The notes: a model not told the origin generated them from the letters alone. DNA of 64,000 nt from an uncultured virus (IMG/VR IMGVR_UViG_3300032288_003839) (IMGVR_UViG_3300032288_003839); one strand, 5' to 3'; positions 10,424 to 20,759 are shown, numbered from the stretch's first letter. A program made the numbers and translations.

Positions 10424-11620
10424 ATGAAAGAAAATCTAATTAATTTTATTCAACAAAAGTCACCAGGTGCTATTCCACTACTTATTGTAATAAGAGGATC
10501 ACATGCTTATGGAACTAATGTTGAAACTTCAGATACTGATTACTCTGGTATATTTGTTCAATCAGAAGATGATATACTGGGAAACAAATATCTTGAACAA
10601 ATAAATGATGATAAGAATGATACTGTTATTTATGAAGTCCGTAGATTTCTAGAACTTGTTTCTAAAAATAATCCAACTGTTCTTGAACTACTTAATACAC
10701 CAGAAGATTGTATTCTATATAAAGATCCTGCTTTTGATATAATTCTAAAGAATAGAGATAAATTTATTACTAAAATTTGTGCTAATTCTTTTGGAGGGTA
10801 TGCTAAAATGCAAATTCAAAAAGCTAAAGGACAAAATAAAAAACAAAACTGGGAAAAAGATAAAGTAACTCGTAAAGATGTACTTGACTTTGTTTATGTC
10901 ATTGAAGGTGAAAAGTCTATTCCTTGGAAAGTTTGGAACACAAGTGAAAATGAAACTGTTTATGAGGAAAAATTCTGTGGTATTGTAAATGTTCCAAATG
11001 CTAGAGATGTTTATGCTGTTTATTATGATGGTATTGCTAGGAATATGTTTTCTGAGAATGTTTCAGAATCTACTAGAATTACTCTGATTAATTTTCAAAA
11101 AGAATCTGGAAAACCGATGGGATTTGGTTACAAAGGATTAGTTAAATCTGGAGAAGGTGTTAGTTCATCAGAGTCAAATGCTCTTAGACTTTCTTCTATT
11201 CCAAAAGGAGAAACTCCAATTTGTAATATTGTTTACAACAAAGATGGATACACTCAACATTGTAATGATTATAAATCTTATCAAACTTGGATAAATGAAA
11301 GAAATGAAGCTCGTTGGGTAGATGTAAAATCTCACGGTCAAAAAATTGACGGTAAGAATATGATGCACTGTAAAAGACTAATGGAAATGTCTAGGGAAAT
11401 TGCAGAAGGAAAAGGAATTATTGTTCGTAGACCAAATGCTAAAGAACTTATTTCTATTAGAAAAGGTGAAATTGATCTACAAACTCTGATTGATTCAGTT
11501 GAATCAGAAATTGTAGAAATTGATAAACTTTTTGCTAATTCATCACTACCAGATAGTGTAGATAACAATTATATACACGAATTAATTGTTAAAATAAGAA
11601 AACAATTATATAATAAATAA
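10424..11620 (+). CDS. Pol-beta superfamily nucleotidyltransferase (RlaP/YcgL-like)
   Basis: GSHAYG...SDTDY motif; C-terminal KNMMHC.RL...ELISIRKG. Confidence 0.8.
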   Translation: MKENLINFIQQKSPGAIPLLIVIRGSHAYGTNVETSDTDYSGIFVQSEDDILGNKYLEQINDDKNDTVIYEVRRFLELVSKNNPTVLELLNTPEDCILYKDPAFDIILKNRDKFITKICANSFGGYAKMQIQKAKGQNKKQNWEKDKVTRKDVLDFVYVIEGEKSIPWKVWNTSENETVYEEKFCGIVNVPNARDVYAVYYDGIARNMFSENVSESTRITLINFQKESGKPMGFGYKGLVKSGEGVSSSESNALRLSSIPKGETPICNIVYNKDGYTQHCNDYKSYQTWINERNEARWVDVKSHGQKIDGKNMMHCKRLMEMSREIAEGKGIIVRRPNAKELISIRKGEIDLQTLIDSVESEIVEIDKLFANSSLPDSVDNNYIHELIVKIRKQLYNK

Positions 11621-11623
11621 ATT

Positions 11624-12238
11624 ATGGGAAAAATAGGAATAGAAGGAATATTATTTATAAGTGGATTATTAATTGGTGGTCTTATAACCTATGTATTTTT
11701 ACATTTAATCAATAGATCTAAAAATAAAAGTATATTAGAAGATAATAAAAATCAATTTATACAAATACTTAAGAATATAAAATCAGGTAAAACCAAATTC
11801 AAGAGTAGAGTAAATAACACAATCTATATAGAAACTAGCTTAAATGATTATGGTAATGTGGGTCTTGTTTATCTAATGGATAGACAAGACATTGCCATTT
11901 TTAAAGATGAAAAGTGTATTTATACATCTAATCTAATAGACAGTAGTTTAGTAAATGAAATAACTAAAGCTATTGATACTAAACATAATAAGGATATAAA
12001 TGATGTAATTGAAGTATTAGGATTTGTTTTTTCAAGAGAAGACTTTGAAAAATCATTTAATGTTAATATTAAAGAGTTAAAAAATAATATTAAAAAAGAA
12101 GAATCTGATATTGAAAGAATTGTTAACAAAAACAAGAAAAAATTTGATATTGACGAGATTTTAGATAAAATAAGTAAAGTTGGTATTGAAAATCTAACAG
12201 AAGAAGAAAAACAATTTTTAAAAAATTATAACAAATAA
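11624..12238 (+). CDS. Membrane-anchored hypothetical protein with C-terminal DUF6576-like motif
   Basis: N-terminal TM helix; C-terminal IDEILDKISKVGIENLTEEEKQFL. Confidence 0.6.
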   Translation: MGKIGIEGILFISGLLIGGLITYVFLHLINRSKNKSILEDNKNQFIQILKNIKSGKTKFKSRVNNTIYIETSLNDYGNVGLVYLMDRQDIAIFKDEKCIYTSNLIDSSLVNEITKAIDTKHNKDINDVIEVLGFVFSREDFEKSFNVNIKELKNNIKKEESDIERIVNKNKKKFDIDEILDKISKVGIENLTEEEKQFLKNYNK

Positions 12239-12242
12239 ATAT

Positions 12243-12470
12243 ATGGTAAAAGAACTAACATTGAAAAGTTACGAGTATCTAATGATAGAAACTTACAAAA
12301 GAATAGAAGAAAATAAACACTATGATGTAAACTTCAAGCCTTATAGTAAAGAACTACTCACAAATCTAATTAAATTTTTTGAACAAAGAGAAGAATATGA
12401 AAAGTGTCAGATACTACATGACTTTATGAATGTAAGATATAATCATGAATTAAACTATAAAACAATATAA
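12243..12470 (+). CDS. Hypothetical protein with UVR-like motif
   Basis: FEQREEYEKCQIL. Confidence 0.55.
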   Translation: MVKELTLKSYEYLMIETYKRIEENKHYDVNFKPYSKELLTNLIKFFEQREEYEKCQILHDFMNVRYNHELNYKTI

Positions 12471-12471
12471 T

Positions 12472-12789
12472 ATGATAGAAGGATCAACAATGAAAGTAGG
12501 TGGTAGGCCTCTAAAACACTGGATTGGGACAAAGTTACAATCTTGGGGAACAAAAATTGTAAATAAGAATAAACATTTGGTAGTAACTAATCCATCTTGT
12601 AAACTATTTAATCCGTTTACATTAGTAGTCAATTTTACAGTAGATAACATTGATAAATATCAACTTATTATACAAGGAGATTATAAAAAAATCTACAAAG
12701 AGGTTGGTGATAATATACCTGAACTAACCGAAAGAGAATTATTTATTATCATATCTGAAAATAAAAAAGATTGGTTCAAAAAAGAGTAA
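12472..12789 (+). CDS. Hypothetical protein
   Basis: Tightly packed co-oriented ORF. Confidence 0.6.
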   Translation: MIEGSTMKVGGRPLKHWIGTKLQSWGTKIVNKNKHLVVTNPSCKLFNPFTLVVNFTVDNIDKYQLIIQGDYKKIYKEVGDNIPELTERELFIIISENKKDWFKKE

Positions 12790-12790
12790 T

Positions 12791-13465
12791 ATGAATATAG
12801 TTCAAAATCCAGATGGTACAATTTCGATTGTAGATGATGAAATTGATAAAGTATCAGATATATCTAATTTAACATATGAAAGATCTGAAGTTCCTCAAAG
12901 TCTAATTGATGAATGTAATAGTTTATCAGAAATCAATGATAAGACATATTTTATATTTGATAGGTCAGTTTCATCTTCTATTAAATTAAAATATAATCCA
13001 AATAAGGAAACGACTAGAGATATTAAAATTGACCAGATTTTAGAAGATGAAAGTAGATATCATATTGATGATGAATTAGGATTCAAAGATTTACCATCTA
13101 GATTTTCTTACTATGATACAGAAACAAAACTAACTGACAGATATGTTAGATATAATTTTGTATTAGACTTTATAAAAAAATTAGGATTCATTCCATCTGA
13201 ATTTAATTTTGGACCAGAATATGAGCAAAGTTATACATTAGAAGTAAATTATACATTAAATACAAATCTAGCGGTAGGTGAGTATGTACATAAATATATT
13301 TTAAGATTAAGACCTAATTTATTTATATCTATAGTCTCGGGTGACTCTTATGTATATAATACATTTTTTAATAAAAATAAAATTATTAAAGTTCTAAGTG
13401 ATACTTGTCCAATTGAATTTAAATCGGTAATAAGAGATATAAAAATAGAAGAAATTATTAAATAA
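12791..13465 (+). CDS. Hypothetical protein with two RDIKI motifs
   Basis: RDIKIDQIL internally and RDIKIEEII at the C-terminus. Confidence 0.65.
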   Translation: MNIVQNPDGTISIVDDEIDKVSDISNLTYERSEVPQSLIDECNSLSEINDKTYFIFDRSVSSSIKLKYNPNKETTRDIKIDQILEDESRYHIDDELGFKDLPSRFSYYDTETKLTDRYVRYNFVLDFIKKLGFIPSEFNFGPEYEQSYTLEVNYTLNTNLAVGEYVHKYILRLRPNLFISIVSGDSYVYNTFFNKNKIIKVLSDTCPIEFKSVIRDIKIEEIIK

Positions 13466-13497
13466 AAAAAGAGGAAGTAAATCTTCCTCTTTTTTTT
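13464..13497. terminator. Bidirectional intrinsic terminator
   Basis: A7-gaggaag-taaat-cttcctc-T8 between convergent genes. Confidence 0.85.
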
Positions 13498-14323
13498 ATT
13501 TTAGTAAATTGTAATACTCATTAAAGTGTTTAATGCGATCCGGCAGTCCAATTATTCCACCATTAACTCTCTTAGTTACTGCAGTCACAGTAGCATCATC
13601 AGCACCTTTATCACAAATAGACCAAAGTTTATTTGAGTCGAAGAAAAAAGCAGCTGAAGCCAAAGGGTACTTAGTAGCTACTAAATCTGGATTAGAAACA
13701 GTATCTTCTCCAATAAATTTAGCAAAATTTGTATAGTTATTTTTACCGGTTAATTGGATATATCCTCTTCCTCTAAATTTATAACCTTCTTTTGTAGACT
13801 CATCACCATTACCCATTCTACTACCATAAACTCTTGAAGCTATCATTTCTGGTTTTCTTTCATATTGAGCAGCAGTGGTAGCATTAAAATATTTAGGAAA
13901 AGTACCAACTAGTCCTTTTGCACTATAGTTTAGATTCTCATTAACCGCCTTAAATCCACCACTTTCATGTCCACACTGAGCTAAGAAGTGAGCCAATCTT
14001 AATGGGTTAGTAATATTAAATTTAGCAGCGGTATCAGGTATTTGAGCAATAACTGAGTCGGGAACATGTCCTTTTAGGTTTTCCAATCTAAAATCACTTG
14101 GTGGAATAACAACATTAGAAACTGGTTGACTTGGAGTTTCCGATCCAAATAATTTAGACCAAGAAGCATCACCAATTATACCATCAGATGTTAATCCATT
14201 TTTTGATTGCCATTCTTTTACTAACTTTTCAGTACCTGGTCCAAATGAACCATCAGCAGTAGTTCCTAACTTTTCTTGGAGTTTTTTTACATCTTCTCCT
14301 TTAGATCCAACTTTTAATAACAT
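13496..14323 (-). CDS. Endolysin: PG-binding domain plus glycoside hydrolase family 19
   Basis: LLKVGSKGEDVKKLQ..L...ADGSFGPGT PG-binding domain; HFLAQCGHES, FRGRGYIQLTG and TKRVNGG GH19 motifs. Confidence 0.9.
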   Translation of the reverse strand: MLLKVGSKGEDVKKLQEKLGTTADGSFGPGTEKLVKEWQSKNGLTSDGIIGDASWSKLFGSETPSQPVSNVVIPPSDFRLENLKGHVPDSVIAQIPDTAAKFNITNPLRLAHFLAQCGHESGGFKAVNENLNYSAKGLVGTFPKYFNATTAAQYERKPEMIASRVYGSRMGNGDESTKEGYKFRGRGYIQLTGKNNYTNFAKFIGEDTVSNPDLVATKYPLASAAFFFDSNKLWSICDKGADDATVTAVTKRVNGGIIGLPDRIKHFNEYYNLLK

Positions 14324-14386
14324 ATTTTATAATTTTTTTTTGTATATTTGTATATATTGATTATTAAAAAAATAAAAATTCCAATT

Positions 14387-14623
14387 ATGGATGAAGAAAT
14401 AAATAAAGTCACACCATATCAAAGATTACAGGCGGTTCTATCAGATGGAAAATCTTCAAAAGATTTAAAACTAACTGATAGGGGATTATCTATAATAGAT
14501 GATATCTTAGGGAAAGAAGAAGAAAAACAAAATACTTGGACTAAGATTAAAAATTTTTTCCTAAAGGTAGATTCTAAATTATTTGCTAAACAAAAGATAA
14601 CCAACCGATTTCAAAAAAGATGA
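14387..14623 (+). CDS. Hypothetical protein
   Basis: Probable start is ATG 14387 (MDEEINK); ATGA overlap with the next gene. Confidence 0.55.
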   Translation: MDEEINKVTPYQRLQAVLSDGKSSKDLKLTDRGLSIIDDILGKEEEKQNTWTKIKNFFLKVDSKLFAKQKITNRFQKR

Positions 14624-15159
14624 GTAAATTTAAAAACAAACCAAATTCAAGTGTGATTGTAGATGGTGAAGAAAAATGGTTATCAAGATCTACCGCAGTT
14701 GTTGTAACAGTTATACTCAATGATGAAAAAGTTTTAATACTTAAAAGAGGTAAAATAGTATCTAATAGTGGTAAATGGTGTAATCCTTGTGGATACTTAG
14801 ACTGGAATGAAAGTGGATATCAATGCGCTATAAGAGAATGTTGGGAAGAAACCGGATTAGACTTAAAAGATATTATTGAAAATAACCCAGATTCTGTAAA
14901 GTTTCAATCTATGATTTATCCTTGGGATATTGTTACAAACCCTGAGTTAAATTATAACCAAGACATTGCTTTATATTATGGAATAAATATTCACTTAGAT
15001 GAAGAACCTCTTGTTCATAATAAAAATGCAGAAGAAGGAGAAGTAGATGAAGTAAAATGGGTAACCTTTGATGAATTAAAGAATTATGAATTTACTTTTA
15101 ATCATGATAAAAGAATTCTAAAGTATCTTAAACATATCTCAGAAAATCAAATGTCATAA
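14620..15159 (+). CDS. Nudix hydrolase
   Basis: Nudix box GYLDWNESGYQCAIRECWEETG. Confidence 0.9.
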   Translation: MSKFKNKPNSSVIVDGEEKWLSRSTAVVVTVILNDEKVLILKRGKIVSNSGKWCNPCGYLDWNESGYQCAIRECWEETGLDLKDIIENNPDSVKFQSMIYPWDIVTNPELNYNQDIALYYGINIHLDEEPLVHNKNAEEGEVDEVKWVTFDELKNYEFTFNHDKRILKYLKHISENQMS

Positions 15160-15737
15160 ACACCATTAAATTGATGAAAGTCTTCAAATCCATTAAGTGA
15201 ATCTCTATGTCTTTGCCAATTTTCCCACATATTTAATATAGGAGGTTTAGGAGGTAAGTATTGAGCCATTTGTCTTATTCTTTGATAATAAATCATATCA
15301 TCACCTTTGAATATGTTATTCATTCTTTCTAAGGCAAATTTATTAGCATCTTTTTCCAATTCAATATAAGACTTAAAGAATTCTTCTTTATCTGTATTTC
15401 TAAATATTTCAGCATGGACATCATGTCCAGTTTTTCTATATTGCATAACATGACCCATTTCGTGAAATATTAAAAAGATAACCATTGGGAATGTCTGTTC
15501 GGTTAAGAATTGATTATTAACTACAACTGATTGATCTCTAAAATAATATCCAAAGAAGTTTCTATTAAGTTGTCTAAATTCAATTTTTACATCAGGATAT
15601 TTAGATAGTTCTTCTAAAAAAGAAGGAACAAGTGTAGGGTATTTATTTGATATCCTACTTAAATAAACTTCTAACTCTTGAGGTATTTGGTTATTGTTCT
15701 CGTTTTCAAAGATTTTATATGGTTTTAAGTACTTCAT
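15147..15737 (-). CDS. Putative zincin metallopeptidase (HExxH)
   Basis: IFHEMGHVMQ plus downstream LEKDA; N-terminus MKYLKPYKIFE. Confidence 0.65.
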   Translation of the reverse strand: MKYLKPYKIFENENNNQIPQELEVYLSRISNKYPTLVPSFLEELSKYPDVKIEFRQLNRNFFGYYFRDQSVVVNNQFLTEQTFPMVIFLIFHEMGHVMQYRKTGHDVHAEIFRNTDKEEFFKSYIELEKDANKFALERMNNIFKGDDMIYYQRIRQMAQYLPPKPPILNMWENWQRHRDSLNGFEDFHQFNGVYDI

Positions 15738-15778
15738 TTTAATTAATAATATTAGAATATATCATGATGTTACATGAT

Positions 15779-16489
15779 TTAAGAAATCCATATAAAATGA
15801 TCATTTGATTCTTTTTCAAATCTATAATCACTTCCTAAGCAATCTGTTATTGTTTTAATTAGTTTTTCTTCGGTAAAAATATCAGATAATTTAGATTCAA
15901 AAATTTGTTTATCTATTAATCTTGATAACTCAATAGAAATACCAGTAACTATTTCAAATTTACTTTTAGATATTTCATCATAAAGATGATCAAACATATT
16001 GTACTTAATTACACCCATTTCTTCCTTAGAATAAATAATAACATTACAATCTTGTTTTTCCCAATCAGAAATTTTGAATATGTGTTTATTAGAATCAACT
16101 GAATCAATATGACCTAAATTAGTATCAAAATAATCAGCTAAAACTTTTTCCATTTTTTGAGTTGATTTCTCAATACCTTTATATAAACACTCTTTCATAG
16201 AATGAATTTTAAACTCTTCAGATTCAAATAATTTAAATGATTCAAAAGTTATAACGCCATCTTTTTCCATAGCTTCTCTATCATCTAAAATATCTTTTAG
16301 GATAACATCAGCCTTTTTAATATCTTTCATCTTGTTCTTTTCTAAAAATCTATTAAATCTTTCAGAACCAGGTTGTAAATATCTTTTAAGATTAGATGGT
16401 CTTATTTTATGTTGTTCTGTATATTCATCAAGTAACTCATTTATTATTTGATAATATTTATTAACATCTTCTCTACTATTAATCGACAT
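15779..16489 (-). CDS. Hypothetical protein
   Basis: Long ORF, probable start MSINSRED, overlapping the upstream gene. Confidence 0.65.
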   Translation of the reverse strand: MSINSREDVNKYYQIINELLDEYTEQHKIRPSNLKRYLQPGSERFNRFLEKNKMKDIKKADVILKDILDDREAMEKDGVITFESFKLFESEEFKIHSMKECLYKGIEKSTQKMEKVLADYFDTNLGHIDSVDSNKHIFKISDWEKQDCNVIIYSKEEMGVIKYNMFDHLYDEISKSKFEIVTGISIELSRLIDKQIFESKLSDIFTEEKLIKTITDCLGSDYRFEKESNDHFIWIS

Positions 16490-16778
16490 CTTCATTGTTA
16501 TCTTTTTTCAGATTAAGTAAGTTAACCGCTTCTTTATCACTCATCTTTTCATCTTCTGTGTTGATACCTCTAACCTCAGCAATTTCATACCATTCATCTT
16601 CAGGTAGTTCTTCAATTTCAGTTGATCCACATTTACAAGATTTAGATTCTTTATTAAATTCTTTCCAAAGATTATCACACTCATCACATGAATAGTAACT
16701 AGTTAAAAAGTTTTTAGTAGTAACTGGAATTGTTTGTGAGAAGTCAAAAGTTTCAAATTTTCTCAAATGTTTCATCAT
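16479..16778 (-). CDS. Small zinc-ribbon protein
   Basis: CDEC...CKCG; N-terminus MKHLRKFETF. Confidence 0.6.
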   Translation of the reverse strand: MMKHLRKFETFDFSQTIPVTTKNFLTSYYSCDECDNLWKEFNKESKSCKCGSTEIEELPEDEWYEIAEVRGINTEDEKMSDKEAVNLLNLKKDNNEDVD

Positions 16779-16913
16779 TGTAAATATTATGTTTCATGTA
16801 TATATTAAATAAATTTTACTCTTTTTTTAAAAAAATATAGGAAATTTTAAAACAAAGATGGATATATTTTATATATAATACTCAAATACAAAAAAACAAA
16901 AAATAAAATATCT

Positions 16914-17102
16914 ATGAAAAAAATCGCAATCGTATTATTCGCAGCAATCGCTCTAACATCATGTGGTGGTGGAGAAGCTAAGTGTGAAGGTGGTAACTGT
17001 GACTCAACAGCAGTTGTAGCACCAGTAGCTGACTCTTTAGCTCCAGTAGCAGATACATTAGCAGTGGATACTACAGCAGTAGTTACTCCAACTGTAAAGT
17101 AA
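16914..17102 (+). CDS. Small lipoprotein
   Basis: Signal peptide with lipobox LTS-C and a low-complexity APVADS/T tail. Confidence 0.75.
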   Translation: MKKIAIVLFAAIALTSCGGGEAKCEGGNCDSTAVVAPVADSLAPVADTLAVDTTAVVTPTVK

Positions 17103-17122
17103 TTAACTACACGAATGAGACT

Positions 17123-17155
17123 AAAAGAGAGGATTTTTAATTCTCTCTTTTTTTT
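17123..17155 (+). terminator. Intrinsic terminator
   Basis: aaaagagagga...ttctctctttt followed by a T-run. Confidence 0.75.
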
Positions 17156-17191
17156 ATTTTAAACTTATCCAAATAATTATGAATAATTAAT

Positions 17192-17932
17192 ATGAGAATT
17201 GAATGCCAAGATAATCTAGAGTTCATGAAATCAATAGAAGATAATTCTATTGATATTATTTATTGCGATATCCTATACGGAACTGGTAGAAAATTTTCAG
17301 ACTACCAAGATCTTAAACCGATTAAATCAGATATTGAAGAACATTATATACCAAGGATAAAAGAAATGTACCGTGTTTTAAAAGAAACAGGAACTATTTA
17401 TCTTCAAATGGACACTAAAATAAATCATTGGATCCGTTGTATTATGGATGATATCTTTGGATATGAAATGATGAGAAATGAAATCATTTGGTTTTATAAT
17501 ACAGCTCCAAGAAAGAAAATGGACTTTGGTAAAAGACATGATATTATTCTAAGATATACAAAATCAGATAATTATAAATTTAACCCGCCAAGAGAACCTT
17601 ATTCTCTATCAGCACCTAGAGGATATGAAAAGGAAAAGTATTATCACCCAGAAGGTAAGGTTATTGGTGATGTTTGGCAAATGAATATATTAGGTCAAAA
17701 TGATAAAAAAGAAAGAGTAGGATATGATACTCAAAAACCTAAACAACTTATAGAAAGAATTATTTCATCATCTTCTGATGAAGGAGACTTAGTGGCGGAT
17801 TTCTACTTGGGAAGTGGAACAACAGCTGTCGTTTCAAAAGAATTAAACAGAAGATTTATTGGATGTGATATAAATCCAAATGCAATTGAAATAACCAATA
17901 AAAGATTATCACTTACTGAAATAATCCCATAA
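17192..17932 (+). CDS. DNA methyltransferase (N6A/N4C, beta-type order)
   Basis: Motif IV position reads DILY; YDTQKP..L; DFYLGSGTT SAM-binding motif. Confidence 0.85.
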   Translation: MRIECQDNLEFMKSIEDNSIDIIYCDILYGTGRKFSDYQDLKPIKSDIEEHYIPRIKEMYRVLKETGTIYLQMDTKINHWIRCIMDDIFGYEMMRNEIIWFYNTAPRKKMDFGKRHDIILRYTKSDNYKFNPPREPYSLSAPRGYEKEKYYHPEGKVIGDVWQMNILGQNDKKERVGYDTQKPKQLIERIISSSSDEGDLVADFYLGSGTTAVVSKELNRRFIGCDINPNAIEITNKRLSLTEIIP

Positions 17933-18190
17933 ATAAGGAAAGTATTTATCATCCTTATTTATGGAGAATATTTGAGTCGATTTATTATCCGAAAAGGGAG
18001 TGTTTTGGTCAGACTCAATAGTGACAGATTCATCAGATACTTTTACCACTTTATATTCTTTACCTTCTTCAAAATCATAAAGACGAGGTAAATTCTTATA
18101 GGCTGAATTAAATCCAAATTCCTTTTTACAAAACAGATTATCACCTACCTTAGGATTAAAGAAAAAGTAAAACTCTTTTATATACTTCAT
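17909..18190 (-). CDS. Hypothetical protein
   Basis: Own TTAATATATA motif 4 nt before the ATG; N-terminus MKYIKEF. Confidence 0.6.
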   Translation of the reverse strand: MKYIKEFYFFFNPKVGDNLFCKKEFGFNSAYKNLPRLYDFEEGKEYKVVKVSDESVTIESDQNTPFSDNKSTQIFSINKDDKYFPYLWDYFSK

Positions 18191-18232
18191 AATTTATATA
18201 TTAATTTATTTTTTTTAATTTATATATAGATT

Positions 18233-18631
18233 ATGAAAAAATTCTCAAAGATATCAGAAGGTGTTAAATTTGGAAGTCATCTTCTAGATGATGATAGAAT
18301 TCTATACAAAGACAATGATTTCTTTATAGTATATGATGGATTTCCAGTAAGTCCAGGTCACATACTAATAATAACAAACGGAAACGAACAAGATTATTTT
18401 CAGTTGAGTGATTCTAAAAAGAATAGACTATCAGAGATGATATTAAAATCAAAGGAAATAATTGAAAAGGAATATAGTCCAGATGGATATAATATTGGAA
18501 TGAATTGTGGAATAGCAGCAGGTCAGTCAGTAATGCAATTTCACTGTCATTTAATACCAAGATACTCTGGAGATGTTGATAATCCAAAGGGTGGAGTTAG
18601 ACATTCGGTTATTGGAAAGGGTTACTACTAA
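18233..18631 (+). CDS. HIT family hydrolase
   Basis: PVSPGHILII; GYNIGMNCG.AAGQSV.QFHCHLIPR. Confidence 0.9.
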   Translation: MKKFSKISEGVKFGSHLLDDDRILYKDNDFFIVYDGFPVSPGHILIITNGNEQDYFQLSDSKKNRLSEMILKSKEIIEKEYSPDGYNIGMNCGIAAGQSVMQFHCHLIPRYSGDVDNPKGGVRHSVIGKGYY

Positions 18632-18645
18632 TTAATATATACTCT

Positions 18646-19548
18646 ATGAATTTGAAACAAACAAGAGATTACTATAATAATAAACCCATTGAATATGTGG
18701 TAAAGGAACACTATGAACTAATTGAAGACAATGAGTATGTTCCAAGATTTTCTCTTAAAAATGTTAAAGACATTGCTGATATTCCAATCAATGAACCTAT
18801 TAAATATTCAGAAGAGGTTATAAAGAAGTGTATTAAATATGGTATGGTTTTATTAATAAACTATAAAGGAGAAAAAGATAATCACTTTGCTGGACATGAA
18901 AGAGTTGTTTATCCTATGGTTCTTGGTAAATCAACACAAGGTAAAGTTCTTTTAAGGGGATGGCACTTAAATGGTTGGTCTGTTTCAAATAAAAGACATA
19001 TTAATAAAATCTGGCGTTTATTTAGAGCTGATAGAATTTTATCCGTTACTTTCACAGGTTCTTTTTACCGTTTACCACCCACTGGTTATAATATGAATGA
19101 TAAAGGCATGAGAGGTGGTATTATAGCAAAAGCAGATTTTACTCAGATTAGAAAAAATCAACAAGATTTAGTTAATAAGAACAAAATTCAGAATAGAGAA
19201 GAAGTCACTTTAGGTGATGAACAAAGAAAATTCATAACTATTAGAGTAAAAGAAACAGATACTAAATTAGATTTAATAAAACCATTTGAGAATGCTTATA
19301 TCAATAATTCTAAAGATATGGCAAATGTTAGATTATCATTTCTTAAAAGTGTTTATGGAAATAAGTATGTTGCTATTTTAGGGGCACTTGGTCAACCAGG
19401 CAATACTGTTAAAATCTTAACAGATAAAGGTTCTCAATTAGGAGTTTATAAAGTATTGGATTCTATTACAGGAGAAGTATTGAAAAGTATTAAAAATGTA
19501 AAAGGAAATACTATCTATGATCTTTATCTATTTGATAAAAAAGTTTAA
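18646..19548 (+). CDS. WYL-like domain protein
   Basis: INYKG...ERVVYP..LG...LLRGW...WRLFRADRI pattern. Confidence 0.6.
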   Translation: MNLKQTRDYYNNKPIEYVVKEHYELIEDNEYVPRFSLKNVKDIADIPINEPIKYSEEVIKKCIKYGMVLLINYKGEKDNHFAGHERVVYPMVLGKSTQGKVLLRGWHLNGWSVSNKRHINKIWRLFRADRILSVTFTGSFYRLPPTGYNMNDKGMRGGIIAKADFTQIRKNQQDLVNKNKIQNREEVTLGDEQRKFITIRVKETDTKLDLIKPFENAYINNSKDMANVRLSFLKSVYGNKYVAILGALGQPGNTVKILTDKGSQLGVYKVLDSITGEVLKSIKNVKGNTIYDLYLFDKKV

Positions 19549-19570
19549 AATAGAATTTTATATATAGTTT

Positions 19571-20725
19571 ATGATACATAATTTTAATAAGTTTATTAAT
19601 GAAGAATTGAGACTGGATAAGTTAGATGATAAATCTCTTAATCAGTTAAAGCTAAATTTAATGGATAGATTATCAGAATACAGAACTTATATTCTAAATA
19701 ATATAGTCTATAACATGTCTACTAATAAAGTAGAATATAAAGACTTTGAAAATGTAGATATCACAACAATTTTAAGAGAACTTAAAAATGAATTTACAGA
19801 TGAGGTTGTTCAAGATATGAACATAGAAACATTTTTAAGAAAGTTAAATCAAATATTAGATCTTAAAAAGAGAAATACAAAGCGTAGAGTAAGAGAAGAG
19901 TTTGATGAATATTATAATTCAATTGAACAAAGAATTTCTAAAATCTCAAGAGGAGAAGCTGAAGAACATTTTGATGCTATTGAAGGAGAAGATTCTTTAA
20001 TTACAAGAAAACAATATGAAACTGAAAAGTTTGGACTACAAGTTGAATTATTAAAACTACAAGAATGGGTAGTTAAGAATAAAAAGAAAGTAGCTATTGT
20101 ATTTGAAGGAAGAGATGCTGCTGGTAAAGGATCAACTATTAAAAGATTTACAGAATATTTAAATCCAAGAGGATTTAAGATTGTTGCACTTGGATTACCA
20201 ACTGATGAAGAAAAGAAAAACTGGTTTGCTAGATATGAAAAACACATGCCTCAACCAGGTGAAATAGTTTTCTTTGACCGTTCTTGGTATAATAGAGCTG
20301 TTGTGGAACCAGCTATGGGTTACTGCACAGAAGAACAATATAATGATTTTATGGAGAATGTTCTAGATTGGGAAGAACACTTAATGAATGATGAAGATAT
20401 TATTTTAATTAAGTTTTGGTTCTCTATTACTAAAGAAAAACAAGCTTTAAGATTTGATTTAAGAAAATCTAGTCCATTAAAGTATTGGAAGTTTTCTCCA
20501 AATGATGCCAAAGTAATTGACAAATGGGATATTATTGGAAAATATAAAAACCAAATGTTTAGTAAAACTGCCAATTCAAATTCACCTTGGGTTATAGTTA
20601 ATTCAAATGATAAAAAGATAGGTAGATTAAATGCTATTAGATATGTTTTATCACAAATTGGTTATGATGGTAAAAATGAAGAAGCTGGAAACTATTATCC
20701 AGAGGTAATAAATGTAATAAAGTAA
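19571..20725 (+). CDS. ppk2: Polyphosphate kinase 2 with N-terminal extension
   Basis: FEGRDAAGKGSTIKR; FDRSWYNRAVVEP; KFWFSI; WKFSPND. Confidence 0.92.
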   Translation: MIHNFNKFINEELRLDKLDDKSLNQLKLNLMDRLSEYRTYILNNIVYNMSTNKVEYKDFENVDITTILRELKNEFTDEVVQDMNIETFLRKLNQILDLKKRNTKRRVREEFDEYYNSIEQRISKISRGEAEEHFDAIEGEDSLITRKQYETEKFGLQVELLKLQEWVVKNKKKVAIVFEGRDAAGKGSTIKRFTEYLNPRGFKIVALGLPTDEEKKNWFARYEKHMPQPGEIVFFDRSWYNRAVVEPAMGYCTEEQYNDFMENVLDWEEHLMNDEDIILIKFWFSITKEKQALRFDLRKSSPLKYWKFSPNDAKVIDKWDIIGKYKNQMFSKTANSNSPWVIVNSNDKKIGRLNAIRYVLSQIGYDGKNEEAGNYYPEVINVIK

Positions 20726-20759
20726 AGGTTATTTAACCTATAAAAATAAATAAAACAAA

